A stretch of DNA of 64,000 bases from an uncultured Pseudomonadota bacterium (GTDB lineage Bacteria; Myxococcota_A; Polyangia; Fen-1088): contig CAWKBC010000032.1 of assembly GCA_963847705.1 (NCBI GenBank), forward strand, positions 256,001-320,000, written 5' to 3'. Shown one piece after another: positions 1 through 16,104 of the stretch (position 1 is its first letter; each line of letters begins with the position of its first letter). The position numbers and the translations under genes are program-made. Below the pieces are notes generated by a model. It did not search any database, was not told where the DNA came from, and saw only the letters and a program-made list of their open reading frames with translations.

Positions 1-167
1 ACCTCACCACCACCACCGTCTCGGCCGTCTCACGCACGGCCTCGAGAACGCTGGCGAATCCACCGCGGACTCTCGATGCGTCCATCGTCTTCATCCGACA
101 CGGCTGAGGTTAGTCGGGTCGTCTCCAGGCCGTCAAGGGAATATACCCTCAACAGCATGAGCGCCCG

Positions 168-473
168 TCAGACGTCCAGGAGCACGATGTGCTCGACGCC
201 GATCTCGGCGACGACGCGAATGTCGCCGCCCAGGGCGCGGACGTACTTGCGCAGCGTGGAGACCAGGTGATCGCGACGACCCTCGATCCGCGACAGCTGC
301 GGCTGCGTGACGGCGGCTCTGCGCGCGACGTCTCCCTGGGTCTTGCGGACGTGCTCGCGCAGCTGCTGCAGGTTCATGGCGCTCCGGCCTCTCGCCGAGC
401 TCCTGACCTTCTTGACGCCGACGAGGTCGGCCTTCTTGTTCCGGACCTTGCTCGGGAGACTGACGCGCTTCAT
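168..473 (-). CDS. XRE-family HTH protein, HigA-like antitoxin type
   Basis: LQQLREHVRKTQGDVARRAAVTQPQLSRIEG..VSTLRKYVRALGG is a typical XRE/HigA HTH; no cognate toxin adjacent. Confidence 0.8.
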   Translation of the reverse strand: MKRVSLPSKVRNKKADLVGVKKVRSSARGRSAMNLQQLREHVRKTQGDVARRAAVTQPQLSRIEGRRDHLVSTLRKYVRALGGDIRVVAEIGVEHIVLLDV

Positions 474-632
474 TCGTCGAGGAGACCGCGTGGCGGCAAA
501 CCCAAGCTAACGCGCGACGATTATCTTGTACAACAATATCGGTCCGTCGACCCGCCGACGCCCGACCCTGGGCCGTTGCGGCCGGCAACGCCACCCGTCC
601 GATGTTCCCGATGTTAAGGTCGCGCGAGGACC

Positions 633-1268
633 ATGCCCCACAAGAAGCCGCCTGAAACGTCACCGCTGGTCGCTGCGGCGGAGGCGTTCGACGAATCGCT
701 GCGCAGGTTCGCTGCGCTGGCGGAGGGCCTGCGAAGCGCCGCGCTCGACTCCAGCCACGGCCTCGGGCGCGCCGCGGATGCCCTCAAGGAGGTCGCCGAC
801 TGCGAGGAGGATCTGCAGTCTCGGGCCAGGACGCTCATCGGCGCGCTCGGCACGGCGCGGGCGGCGCAGGAGGGACAGGCAGAGCTGGTGCGCACCCGGG
901 CGCTGGAGATTCAGGCACGGAGCGGAGAGTACGCGGTGCTGCTGGGCCGCTTCGAAGCCATCGGGGTCGACGCCGCCGAGCTCAACACGGTGACCCAGCG
1001 GCTGGCCTCGCAGCGCAAGCTCAGCGAGCAGGGGCTGACGGAGGGCGACGTCTCCTCGCTTCTGTCGGAGCTGGGCGAGATCGAGGAGAGGATGGCCAGC
1101 GTCGTCTCCAGCAGCGAGGGGCTGGCCAACGACGCGCGCAGCGCCCATTTCGACGAGCTCCACCGCAAGACGGACGCGCTTCGCCAGCAGCTCCTGGCGG
1201 CGCGCAACAGGATCGGCCTCCTCAAGGAAGCTCTGGTCAAGGCCGTCCCCCGCACGCTCTTTTCCTGA
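633..1268 (+). CDS. Hypothetical coiled-coil protein
   Basis: GAGG SD before ATG; all-helical heptad-rich 211 aa; GC3-biased codons. Confidence 0.7.
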   Translation: MPHKKPPETSPLVAAAEAFDESLRRFAALAEGLRSAALDSSHGLGRAADALKEVADCEEDLQSRARTLIGALGTARAAQEGQAELVRTRALEIQARSGEYAVLLGRFEAIGVDAAELNTVTQRLASQRKLSEQGLTEGDVSSLLSELGEIEERMASVVSSSEGLANDARSAHFDELHRKTDALRQQLLAARNRIGLLKEALVKAVPRTLFS

Positions 1269-1313
1269 TTCGCCCGGTCCGCTTCGGCCGCTCGGGTCGC
1301 GCTCGCGCCTGGG

Positions 1314-2906
1314 TCAGGCGGTGACCGTGCGCAGAACCTTGTCCAGACTGTCGACCGCCACCGGCTTCACCAGGTGGTGGTCGAACCCCGCCTCGCGCGT
1401 GCGGCGATGATCCTCCTCGCGCCCCCAACCGGTGATGGCCACCATCAAGGGAGGATTGGCGATGGGCAGAGCGCGAATCCGGCGACAGATCTCCACGCCG
1501 CCCATGTGGGGTAGCCCGAGATCGCACAGCACGACGTTGGGGCGGACCTGCTGAACCAGATTGATTCCGTCCGATCCGGAAAGGGCGGCCCAGACCGTAT
1601 GGCCCGTGTCCTCGAGGAGATCCTTGAGCGACTCGGCGACGTCCTCGTTGTCCTCGATGATCACGATGCGAAGACCGTTCGTCACGCCGACCGTCTCCTT
1701 CGGCTGCTGAAGCGGCACGATCGACACTGGCGCCCTCGGTGACGCGGGAAGCGAAAGCGTGAAGGTGCTCCCGGCGTTCTCACCCGCGCTGGCGACGCTC
1801 AGCTCACCACCGTGCATCTCCGCCAGGCGCCGGGCCAGGGCCAACCCGATGCCCAGCCCCACGGGCCCGTCGGCATCGGCCCGTTTGACCCGGGCAAACA
1901 TTCCGAAGATGCGATCGATCTGATCCGCCGGGATCCCGGCGCCGGTGTCGGTGACCCGAATCAGCGCCCGATCGTCGTCGCGCGAGAGCGCGATGGTGAT
2001 CCGCCCGTTCTCGGGCGTGAACTTGGAGGCGTTGGTGAGCAGGTTCGTCACGATCTGGGCCACCCGCGTGGCATCGACCAGCGCCTCGATCGTCTCCGGG
2101 TTCTCCAGCGCCAGCTGCTGGTGGTGCTGCTCGAACATCGGACGCAAGGATTCGACCGTCGTGGAGAGGACCTCGCCCAGATCGACGGGCGCTTTCTTCA
2201 GCTCCAGCAATCCCCGGCTGACCCGGGAGATGTCGAGCAGATCGTCGATCAGGCGAACCATGTGGTGGAGCTGACGGTTCATCGTCCCCAGCGTGCGCGC
2301 GATGACCGGCTCGGCGTCCTTCCGGCGCAGCAGCAGGTCGAGGCCGCTGCGCAGGGGCCCGAGCGGGTTGCGCAGCTCGTGGGCGAGGATCGCCAGAAAC
2401 TCGTCCTTTTGCTGCGCGGCCGCCCGCAGGGCCGCCTCGGAGCGCTCGAGCTCCAGGGTGCGCTCCTTCACCCGCTCCTCCAGCTTCTCGTTCAGCTCGG
2501 CCAGCTCCCGCGTCTTGCGGAACAGCTCGGCGAACACGGCGACCTTGTGCTTGAGGATCTGCGAGTTCACCGGCTTGGTCAGGTAGTCGACCGCGCCGGC
2601 GTCGTAGCCGGCGATCATGTGCTGATCGTCGATGAGGTGGGCGGTCAGAAAGACGATGGGCGTCTCCCGAAACCGCCGGGTGTTCTTGATCATCTGCGCC
2701 AGCTCGAAGCCGTCCACCTGCGGCATCTTGATGTCGAGGACGATGGCCGCGACGTCGTTCTCCAGGAGCAGGCGCAGCGCCCGATCGGCGTCCTGGGCCC
2801 GCAGGAGCCGGTAGTTGGGGCTCTCCAGGATCGCCTCCAGCGCGTCGAGGTTCCGGGCCTCGTCGTCAACCAGCAATATGTCGATGGGGCGGGACATCTG
2901 CGGCAT
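1314..2906 (-). CDS. Hybrid sensor histidine kinase (REC-HisKA-HATPase-REC)
   Basis: ILLVDD..LDIKMP receiver; LAHELRNPL H-box; NLLTNASKF, DTGAGI, GLGIGL boxes; C-terminal IEDN..CDLGLP receiver. Confidence 0.95.
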   Translation of the reverse strand: MPQMSRPIDILLVDDEARNLDALEAILESPNYRLLRAQDADRALRLLLENDVAAIVLDIKMPQVDGFELAQMIKNTRRFRETPIVFLTAHLIDDQHMIAGYDAGAVDYLTKPVNSQILKHKVAVFAELFRKTRELAELNEKLEERVKERTLELERSEAALRAAAQQKDEFLAILAHELRNPLGPLRSGLDLLLRRKDAEPVIARTLGTMNRQLHHMVRLIDDLLDISRVSRGLLELKKAPVDLGEVLSTTVESLRPMFEQHHQQLALENPETIEALVDATRVAQIVTNLLTNASKFTPENGRITIALSRDDDRALIRVTDTGAGIPADQIDRIFGMFARVKRADADGPVGLGIGLALARRLAEMHGGELSVASAGENAGSTFTLSLPASPRAPVSIVPLQQPKETVGVTNGLRIVIIEDNEDVAESLKDLLEDTGHTVWAALSGSDGINLVQQVRPNVVLCDLGLPHMGGVEICRRIRALPIANPPLMVAITGWGREEDHRRTREAGFDHHLVKPVAVDSLDKVLRTVTA

Positions 2907-9242
<6,336 letters not shown>

Positions 9243-9434
9243 GATCACTCGCCCCCAAGGTCTGGGAAACGGTGAGCGTAGCATTGACCGCCTGCTGATC
9301 ACTCCTCAAGAAAAACGTCAAGCGTGTTGTACAAAACCGCGACGAAATTCTTGGCAAGCGCCTCTTGCGCTTTCACGAGAAGGCCGAACGAAGCAAAAGG
9401 CGGTGGACGACCGCCGAACTGCCCCTAAAGCAGG

Positions 9435-9977
9435 TCAGGCGGTCGCGCGCATCGAGGTCAAGGCCTCGCGGCGCCTGGGCGCGCGGTGGCTTCGCAGCGC
9501 GCGCTCGACGTCGGCCCGGGACACGGCGCCGAGCAGGAAGGCGCCGGCCGCGACCGGCAGCGCCGAGGTCCGGGAACGGACGAACAGCTCCTGGGCACGC
9601 TCCGCCGTGGTCGTCGGACCGAGGCAAAGCTCGATGGAGCGGAGACAGTGGGCGACGCCGGCCTCGTCGGAGGCCTCGACCAGCTCGTGCTCGTCCAGCG
9701 TCCCCAGCAGCTGACCGTCACGCTCGACGAAAAGAACGTTCGCCCGCTTGAGCTCGGCGATCTTGCGTGCCGCCGCCATCGACAGGTGGGCCGGGATGAC
9801 CGGAACGGCCCGGATCGGCAGATCGCCGACCCGGGGCACACAGGACTCCCCGCCGCTCAGCCCGACTGCCCCAACGCCCGTCGTCGCCGCCACAAAAGCT
9901 CTGCTCTCCCCGCGCCGCCCCTTCGACCATGCCGCTCGTGCGGCGGAGAGTCCTGCGTGTCCCGAGTTCTCGTCCAT
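9435..9977 (-). CDS. CBS-domain pair protein
   Basis: Two CBS-like motifs (LFVERDGQLLGTLDE; ALPVAAGAFLLGAVSRADV); start uncertain. Confidence 0.65.
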   Translation of the reverse strand: MDENSGHAGLSAARAAWSKGRRGESRAFVAATTGVGAVGLSGGESCVPRVGDLPIRAVPVIPAHLSMAAARKIAELKRANVLFVERDGQLLGTLDEHELVEASDEAGVAHCLRSIELCLGPTTTAERAQELFVRSRTSALPVAAGAFLLGAVSRADVERALRSHRAPRRREALTSMRATA

Positions 9978-9994
9978 GTCGACGCCATTGCTCT

Positions 9995-10009
9995 TCAATC
10001 CCCGTGCCA
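9995..10009 (-). promoter_or_regulatory. Putative sigma54 -24/-12 promoter for the CBS gene
   Basis: Minus strand TGGCACG-GGGA-TTGA versus consensus TGGCACG-N4-TTGC. Confidence 0.5.
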
Positions 10010-10118
10010 GCCCGCCGGGCCACCAAAACCGCGAGGTTCCGCGGGAAAATGTTCCCCCGTCTAAGAAAGTCTCGTAACGTCGCTGGTCGAGCTGTTACGA
10101 AAAGCGGAATCTTCCCGG

Positions 10119-11627
10119 GTGCCCGCAATCGCCCTGGCGTGCGCTGCGGCGCTCGTGTCGGCGATGGGGGCCTGTGCGCCGGCCCAAAACCGGACGGGTG
10201 ACCGGCCGGATGGCCGAGCTCTGGCGCAGATCGCGGCGCGCGGGGAGCTCCTCTGGGGCGCCGACGAACAGGGGGGCGAGCCCTACGCCTACGAGGACCC
10301 CGCGCGCGGAGGGGCGTTGAGCGGCTTCGAGGTCGACCTGGCGGATGCCCTGGCGCGCTCGCTGGGGGTGCGCGCGCGCATGGTCCAGAATGACTGGCCG
10401 ACGCTGATCCCCTCGCTCGAGCGGGGGACCTTCGACGTCGCGCTCAACGGCATCGAGGTGACGCCGGCGCGCGCGGCCCGCGTCAGCTTCACCCGCCCGT
10501 ACTACATCTTCGGCGAGCGGCTGGTCGGCCGCCGCGGCGACGCTCGGGTGCGCGACTTGCGCTCGTTGCGCAACTTGCGCGTCGGAACGCTGGCCAACAC
10601 GCAGGCCTGGGATCTGCTGCGCGAGACGGGCGCCGTCCCGGTCCCTTACGAAGGGGTCGATGAACAGTTCGTGGATCTCGAGCACGGTCGGACGGACGCC
10701 GTGCTGCTCGACGACATCATCGTCGCCCGCTACGTCGGCCGGCATCCGACGTTGACCGCGGTGGCCGACGTCGCCGAGGGGCGTTACGCGATCGCCGTGC
10801 GCCCCGCCGACGCCGAGCTGCGGGCGGCCCTCGACCGCTCGCTCGACGAGATGATCGCCTCGGGCGCCTGGCGAAGAACGCTGGCCCGCTGGGGCATCGA
10901 CGGCGAGCGCGAGCGGGCGCTGGCCGCGCCGGGCGGCGCCAGTCCACCCGCCGTGGTGGCCGCCGGCGGCGGCGCGGCCCGTCTCCCGCTGACGCTGCCG
11001 CAGCTCCTGTTGTTCGCGGACGGGGCCCTGGTGACGCTGCTGATCTCTCTGGCGGCGATGGCGCTGGCCGCGCCCTTCGGGCTGGCGCTGGCGCTGGTCC
11101 GTCTCGAGAGCCCGCGGCTCGCGCCGCTGGCGACGATCTACGTCGAGATCGTGCGCGGAACGCCGGTGCTCTTGCAGCTCTATCTCCTCTACTACGGCCT
11201 GGCGGGGATTCTTCCGCTCGGCCCCTGGACCGCCGCGGTCGTCGGCCTCGGGCTCAACTACGCGGCCTACGAAGCGGAGATCTACCGCGCGGCGATCACC
11301 TCGGTGCCGCGCGAGCAGTGGGAGGCGGCGCTGGCCATCGGCGCGCCCCGCCGCGCGGCCTTCCGCCAGATCATCCTGCCGCAGGCCCTGCGCCTGGCTC
11401 TCCCCGGGGTGACCAACGACTTCATCTCGCTGCTCAAGGACAGCTCGTTGGTCTCGGTCCTCACCGTGGTCGAGCTGACCAAGCGCATGACGATCACCGC
11501 CGTCGACAACCGCGGCTGGATCGTCCCCGGCGCGCTCTGCGCCGCCCTCTACTTCGCGCTCGGCTTTCCGTTCACGCGCCTCGCCCGTCGGCTCGAGCGC
11601 CGGCTGGGCGCCCACGCCCAGCCCTGA
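10119..11627 (+). CDS. Polar amino acid ABC transporter, fused substrate-binding protein and permease
   Basis: SBP_bac_3 motifs (GFEVDLA, LIPSLERGTFDVA, FTRPY); permease motifs RGTPVLLQL, AAYEAEIYRA, EAALAIG, LLKDSSL. Confidence 0.92.
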   Translation: MPAIALACAAALVSAMGACAPAQNRTGDRPDGRALAQIAARGELLWGADEQGGEPYAYEDPARGGALSGFEVDLADALARSLGVRARMVQNDWPTLIPSLERGTFDVALNGIEVTPARAARVSFTRPYYIFGERLVGRRGDARVRDLRSLRNLRVGTLANTQAWDLLRETGAVPVPYEGVDEQFVDLEHGRTDAVLLDDIIVARYVGRHPTLTAVADVAEGRYAIAVRPADAELRAALDRSLDEMIASGAWRRTLARWGIDGERERALAAPGGASPPAVVAAGGGAARLPLTLPQLLLFADGALVTLLISLAAMALAAPFGLALALVRLESPRLAPLATIYVEIVRGTPVLLQLYLLYYGLAGILPLGPWTAAVVGLGLNYAAYEAEIYRAAITSVPREQWEAALAIGAPRRAAFRQIILPQALRLALPGVTNDFISLLKDSSLVSVLTVVELTKRMTITAVDNRGWIVPGALCAALYFALGFPFTRLARRLERRLGAHAQP

Positions 11628-12010
11628 CGGGGCTGGCGGCGGCGGCGCGCCCTGCCGTTCTGCCGTTCTGCCGACTTGGGTCGAGCTCAGAACGCGGCAG
11701 CGGCGCCGGCGGCCAGCGAGCGCTCGCCAAGAGGGAGCCCCTCGACGAAGAGGTCCACACGGTGGACGACGACCGACGTCAGGCCCCGCCCACCCGGGAC
11801 GCGAGCCTGGCCCATCGCCGGTCGGCCCGCCGGGCGAAATCGGCCAGCGGCGCGGTCACATCCACCGCCGGCGGGCGTGCGCGCCGCCCACCTCTCGGAA
11901 CGCCGGCGGCCCCGCGGCCGCTCCGTCACGAACCTGACACCCCGGTCACACAGACGCGTTTCGGAGTTGGCAGATCGCGCCTGGTCACGAAGACCTAAGC
12001 TCCGCGCGCG

Positions 12011-12604
12011 ATGCGGATCCGCCCACGCCAGGCCACCGTGAGGCAGAGGACCCTCCGGTGGTGCGCGAGCCTGTGGGTGCTGGCCGCCGGCGGATGCTGG
12101 GGGACCGATCTTCCCTCGGTGGTGGGCCGGGACTCCGCCGACGCCGCCCCCCCAGCTCCCCCGCCGATCCGAGCCTCCGTCGGTGACGTCGAGGACGGTT
12201 CGCTGGCGGACAACCTCGAGGTCCCCGACGCGTCACAACCCTCGGTCTCCGAGAGCGGCACAATCACTCTGACGATAGGCCTGCCGATCGACACGGTGAC
12301 CGGTCAGGTGGCCAGCTTCGGTTCGCTGACCGTTCGGCTCTGGTCGGATGGGCAGGCACCGAGATCGTTGACCTTGCAGCTCAGTCATTCATCCGGCGAG
12401 ATCACCCTGAGCCTGGCCAACATCGCGGCCGGCGGTCCCTACACCCTCGACGTCACGACGACTGCGAATGGGAGCTTGGCCTGCGCGGGGTCCAGTCCCC
12501 CCTTCTTCGTTCCTGCCCTGCAGACGGTCCGCGTCCTGGAGTCGATCCTCTGCGGCGCCGACGCCGGCCTCACCGCGACCCTCTACGCCGGTCCGTCGCT
12601 CTAA
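12011..12604 (+). CDS. Hypothetical exported protein or lipoprotein
   Basis: Signal with AAGGC lipobox-like motif; beta-rich mature part with a Cys pair. Confidence 0.55.
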   Translation: MRIRPRQATVRQRTLRWCASLWVLAAGGCWGTDLPSVVGRDSADAAPPAPPPIRASVGDVEDGSLADNLEVPDASQPSVSESGTITLTIGLPIDTVTGQVASFGSLTVRLWSDGQAPRSLTLQLSHSSGEITLSLANIAAGGPYTLDVTTTANGSLACAGSSPPFFVPALQTVRVLESILCGADAGLTATLYAGPSL

Positions 12605-12630
12605 GACCGAGACCCGCGCGCCGGGAAAGA

Positions 12631-13131
12631 TCAGCCAGCCGCGCGGGTGGGCGCCATCGGGCCCAGCCAGGCCCGGGCGCGCCAGCGCCGGAGCGAGCGG
12701 CGAAGCTCGAACGCGGCGACCACGGCCAGGCGACCGAGAAGCCCCGCCGTCACTTCGAGGTCGACGCGCCGGCCGGCGCGCTCCACGGCGATCACGCGGC
12801 CACGAACCTCGGCGGCGGTCACGGGGCGGTCGATCTCCAGCGCCGCGTCTCCGCACAAGGTCAGGCGGGGAGCACGGGATGCGTCTTTTTGGATGGAGAG
12901 AACTCGATGCGCCACCGACCGCGATCCCGTCTGGCACAAAACCACGTCGGCGACATCGACGTCAGCGGCGGCGACCGGGGCGACGATCAGAACCTCGCTG
13001 TCCTCGATCGTCGGCGTCATGCTGCGCCCTCCGGCGCGGAATCGAACGCCGATCCCTTCAGCGAGCAACCCTTCGACGACGGATGCGAAGGCCCCTCGAT
13101 GCAGAGCGCTGTGGCCGTGACTCGATCTCAC
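12631..13131 (-). CDS. S24/S26 signal-peptidase-like protein (Ser-His type), RiPP-cassette associated
   Basis: FRAGGRSMTPTI (catalytic Ser) and VAHRV (His). Confidence 0.8.
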   Translation of the reverse strand: MRSSHGHSALHRGAFASVVEGLLAEGIGVRFRAGGRSMTPTIEDSEVLIVAPVAAADVDVADVVLCQTGSRSVAHRVLSIQKDASRAPRLTLCGDAALEIDRPVTAAEVRGRVIAVERAGRRVDLEVTAGLLGRLAVVAAFELRRSLRRWRARAWLGPMAPTRAAG

Positions 13132-13261
13132 GCCTCAACACATCGGAGTTTCCGTCGAGAAAATGAACGATCGGCGCGCGATTCTCGCTCGTGACCGCGG
13201 CGGAGATCTGACGGACGCGGGTGTCACATTTCAGACACGCCTCGACCAGGAGTGCACGGTT

Positions 13262-13445
13262 CAGTTGGCCGCGCGCTCGGTTTGCCGCGCGCTCGGTTTG
13301 CCGCCCGGCCCGTTTGCCGCGCGCTCGGTTTGCCGCCCGGCTCAGGTTTGCGGCGCGCTCGGTTTGCCGCGCAGCCCAGTTGCCGCGCGCTCGGTTTGCC
13401 GCCCGGCCCAGTTGCGGCGCGCCCAGTCGCTGCGCGCTCAGTTGC
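13262..13445. repeat. Degenerate ~16-bp tandem repeat array (TTTGCCGCGCGCTCGG, about 11 copies)
   Basis: Directly visible; runs into the stop codon at 13438. Confidence 0.85.
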
Positions 13446-14314
13446 TGCGGACGAACGCCGGCGCGGCCGCGTCCGGAACGAAGCCGAGCTCGACCGAGCG
13501 GCAGCGGGCGGCGATGCGCTCCAGGGAGCCGAGCATGTCGTCCAGGCCGGCCGCGTCGTAGAACGGCGGAAAGCAGCAGGCGAAGAGGCGCGCGATCGAT
13601 TCGGTGGCCGCCACCGCCGTCATCTGGTTGCGGGGCGCGTGGCGCAGAAAGCAGATCCGATCGAGCGGGGCGCGCCCCTGATTCGAGATGCGCCCATCCC
13701 CATGCCAGGGTGTGCCGTACATCCAGACGACATCGCCTTCCTGGCGCAGCACGACGCGCTCGTCGCTCAGGATCTTCACGCCCGGCTCGGGGAGCCAAAG
13801 GCGGGCCATCGTCGTCTTGCCTGCGCCGGACTGGCCGGCGAACAGCGTCCCGCGGCCGTCGGCGTCGACCACGCCGCTGCCGTGGATGGCGACGCCGCGC
13901 CCCCGGGCCAGCAGGTGCACCATCACCAGCTCGTCGAGCGGATACTGCAACGGGTAGAGCGGCAGCCGCCCGGCGAAGACCTCCCGTCGCACCGAGACCT
14001 CCCCCTCGGTGAAGTCCGGGCTGAACGACGCCATCTGGTAGGGTCGCGTCCCGAGCGGCGCCGAGGTGAACACGAACTGAAGGCCCAGGCCGCCGCGGTA
14101 GAGGCGCCAGAGCCCCTTGCCCGAATCGAACAGCAGATCGCTTGCGTCGGGCTCGCGCGGGTCGCCCCAGTCGGCGCGAATCCGCACCTCGGGCCGCTCG
14201 GCGTCCGAGACGAACTTGGCGGCGGCGCCCGCGGCGGCGATCGGCAGAATCCTCCGCCCCGGACGAGAGCGCAATCTTGATTCCGGCGATGTCGAGCGCG
14301 AACGCTCCGCTCAT
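13438..14314 (-). CDS. HprK-related P-loop ATPase/kinase (ScmC-like); apparent +1 frameshift near 14248
   Basis: IHGSGVV, LFAGQSGAGKTT, ILSDERV, YGTPWHG motifs; ATG 14314 overlaps precursor stop (ATGA) but is one base out of frame with the body. Confidence 0.8.
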
Positions 14315-14493
14315 GAGCCGAACGTCATGCAGCCGCCGAGCGAGGTGCAGTCGGACTCCGCTGGTCCCGCCACCCCCATCGTCTTGCAGTTGCCGAGCAC
14401 GGCCTCTTCGGGGCGCAAGGCCACCTGCGACAGCGTCGGCTTCTCGTACGGTTTTCGTCCGGAGCCGGGCTCCGGTGGAGACTCTGGTGTCAT
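14311..14493 (-). CDS. RiPP precursor peptide (YxxP leader, three-Cys core)
   Basis: RKPYEKPTL RRE-binding leader; EEAVL then GNCKTMGVAGPAESDCTSLGGCMTFGS; AGGAG SD; directly follows the radical SAM gene. Confidence 0.85.
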   Translation of the reverse strand: MTPESPPEPGSGRKPYEKPTLSQVALRPEEAVLGNCKTMGVAGPAESDCTSLGGCMTFGS

Positions 14494-14502
14494 CCGATGC
14501 TC

Positions 14503-15786
14503 CTATGTCCCTTCCGCGGCGCCACAGGCACCGCACCCACCGCTCGAACAAGACGACGACGAAGCGGTGCTCAAGACTTTGAGTGAGCTGGCCCGCGCCA
14601 GGGGCCGCAGCGCGCCAGCGGCCGCCTGGCCCGCCTGCACGCTGTCGACCGCGCGCAGGAGGCGTTCGTGGTGGGCGCCGCCCTCGCAGAACGCGCACTC
14701 GCCATGCGCCGGCGGCGTGAAGCCGACGACGCGGGCGCGCAGGTGGGCCACCTCGCAGAAGAACTCCACCGGCGCCTCCGGATCGCCATGCTCCAACTCG
14801 CTGGTGGCCGCGCAGGCGGAGCAGAGCGAACGAATGTGGCAGTCGGTGCACTTGGTCGGGCGGGTGATGGTCTTGTCGCGCACCTTGGCCAGGAAGCCCT
14901 CCCACCCCTCCTTGAAGCTCCCCCGGCGCAGATCGAACTGGTCGCTGTGCGACAGCACGCAGATGCTCATCTTCCCTTCGGGATCGATGGCGAAGGAATT
15001 GATGCCGCCGCCGCACTGGTAGACCTTGTCGCGGGTGCCGACCACCGGGCGCGCCCGGGAGGCCAGCTCGGCCCATCCGGCGCGGCGCACCGGATCGAGG
15101 ACGTCGAGCTCGACCATCTCGGCCGGGGAGAGCCGCACCTCGAGCGGGCTGTGCGAGCAGTCGATGCGGGCGTTGATCATCCCGTCGAACTTGAACTCCA
15201 CCCCCAGCTCCTCGGCGAACTGCTGCATCTGGGGGACCTCGTGGCGGTTGATGCTCACCGCGACGGTCTTGAGCCGCAGCGGCAGGCCGCGCTCGGTGAG
15301 CAGGCGGATGCCGCGCATGCAGCGATCGAACGAGCCCGGCACGCCGGTGAGGCGCTCGTAGGTCTCGCGCGTGCGGCCGTAGAGGGTGATCTCCACGGCG
15401 AACGGGCGCCACTCGGCCAGCATGTCGGCGAGCTCCGCCGTCAGCTGCGTGCCGTTGGTGAACAGCGTCACCAGGAGGCCGCGGCGCTTGGCGTGCTGGT
15501 AGATCTCCACGAAGTCGCGGCGGGCCAGGATCTCCCCGCCGGTGAGCAGCAGCCAGAGGCAGCCGGCGTCGGCCATCTCGTCGATGATCCGGAAGACCTC
15601 GGCGGTCGACAGCTCGCTCGCGCGCGCCGCCGCGTCCCCGACCGGGAGGTTGTTGTAGCAGTGCGCGCAGGCCAGCGGGCAGCGGTGGGTGAGCTCGATG
15701 GTGCCGTTGGTGGGCAGGCGTCCGCCTCGCGCCCGCCGGTAGATCTGCGCGCTGAAGTCGCCGTAGCTCCGGAGCGCGGCGTTCAT
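14503..15786 (-). CDS. Radical SAM/SPASM peptide maturase
   Basis: CPLACAHC, LTGGE, FTNGT; SPASM cysteines YQCGGG..ICV..KCTDC..LCSAC..FFC; ATG 15786 overlaps PqqD stop. Confidence 0.93.
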   Translation of the reverse strand: MNAALRSYGDFSAQIYRRARGGRLPTNGTIELTHRCPLACAHCYNNLPVGDAAARASELSTAEVFRIIDEMADAGCLWLLLTGGEILARRDFVEIYQHAKRRGLLVTLFTNGTQLTAELADMLAEWRPFAVEITLYGRTRETYERLTGVPGSFDRCMRGIRLLTERGLPLRLKTVAVSINRHEVPQMQQFAEELGVEFKFDGMINARIDCSHSPLEVRLSPAEMVELDVLDPVRRAGWAELASRARPVVGTRDKVYQCGGGINSFAIDPEGKMSICVLSHSDQFDLRRGSFKEGWEGFLAKVRDKTITRPTKCTDCHIRSLCSACAATSELEHGDPEAPVEFFCEVAHLRARVVGFTPPAHGECAFCEGGAHHERLLRAVDSVQAGQAAAGALRPLARASSLKVLSTASSSSCSSGGCGACGAAEGT

Positions 15787-16100
15787 GGGGAGACCTCGCT
15801 GACGAGACCCTTGGCCAGCAGCAGCGCCACGAACTCCTGGACGTCGGCGGCGGCCTCGGCCTCGCTGACTTCGTACTCGCGCGACAGCGCGGCCGCCAGC
15901 GCCTGCACCGAGCTCTTCCCGTCGATCCATTTCCAGATCGAGGCGCCCACCGCGTTGAGGGTGAAGATCGACTCGAGGTCGCCGACGCCGCCGCGGACAG
16001 GAACGATGATGACGTCGTCGGCGATCGTGCGGCTGACGAAGCCTTCGGCCTTGCGAGGGAAGCGGGCAGACGAGATGCCTTCGGTGCTCAACACGTACAT
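15783..16100 (-). CDS. PqqD-family RiPP recognition element
   Basis: IFTLNAVGASIWKWIDG..LSREYEV..DVQEFVALLLAKGLV. Confidence 0.92.
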   Translation of the reverse strand: MYVLSTEGISSARFPRKAEGFVSRTIADDVIIVPVRGGVGDLESIFTLNAVGASIWKWIDGKSSVQALAAALSREYEVSEAEAAADVQEFVALLLAKGLVSEVSP

Positions 16101-16104
16101 AGTA

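Noticed and set aside
1-85. Possible 5' end of a minus-strand gene (ATG at 85)
   Set aside because: Only 28 codons are visible, too short to support a call
14311-16100. Lasso peptide or PQQ biosynthesis cluster
   Set aside because: No lasso cyclase or B2 protease and no pqqB/C; the precursor lacks the PqqA ExxxY motif
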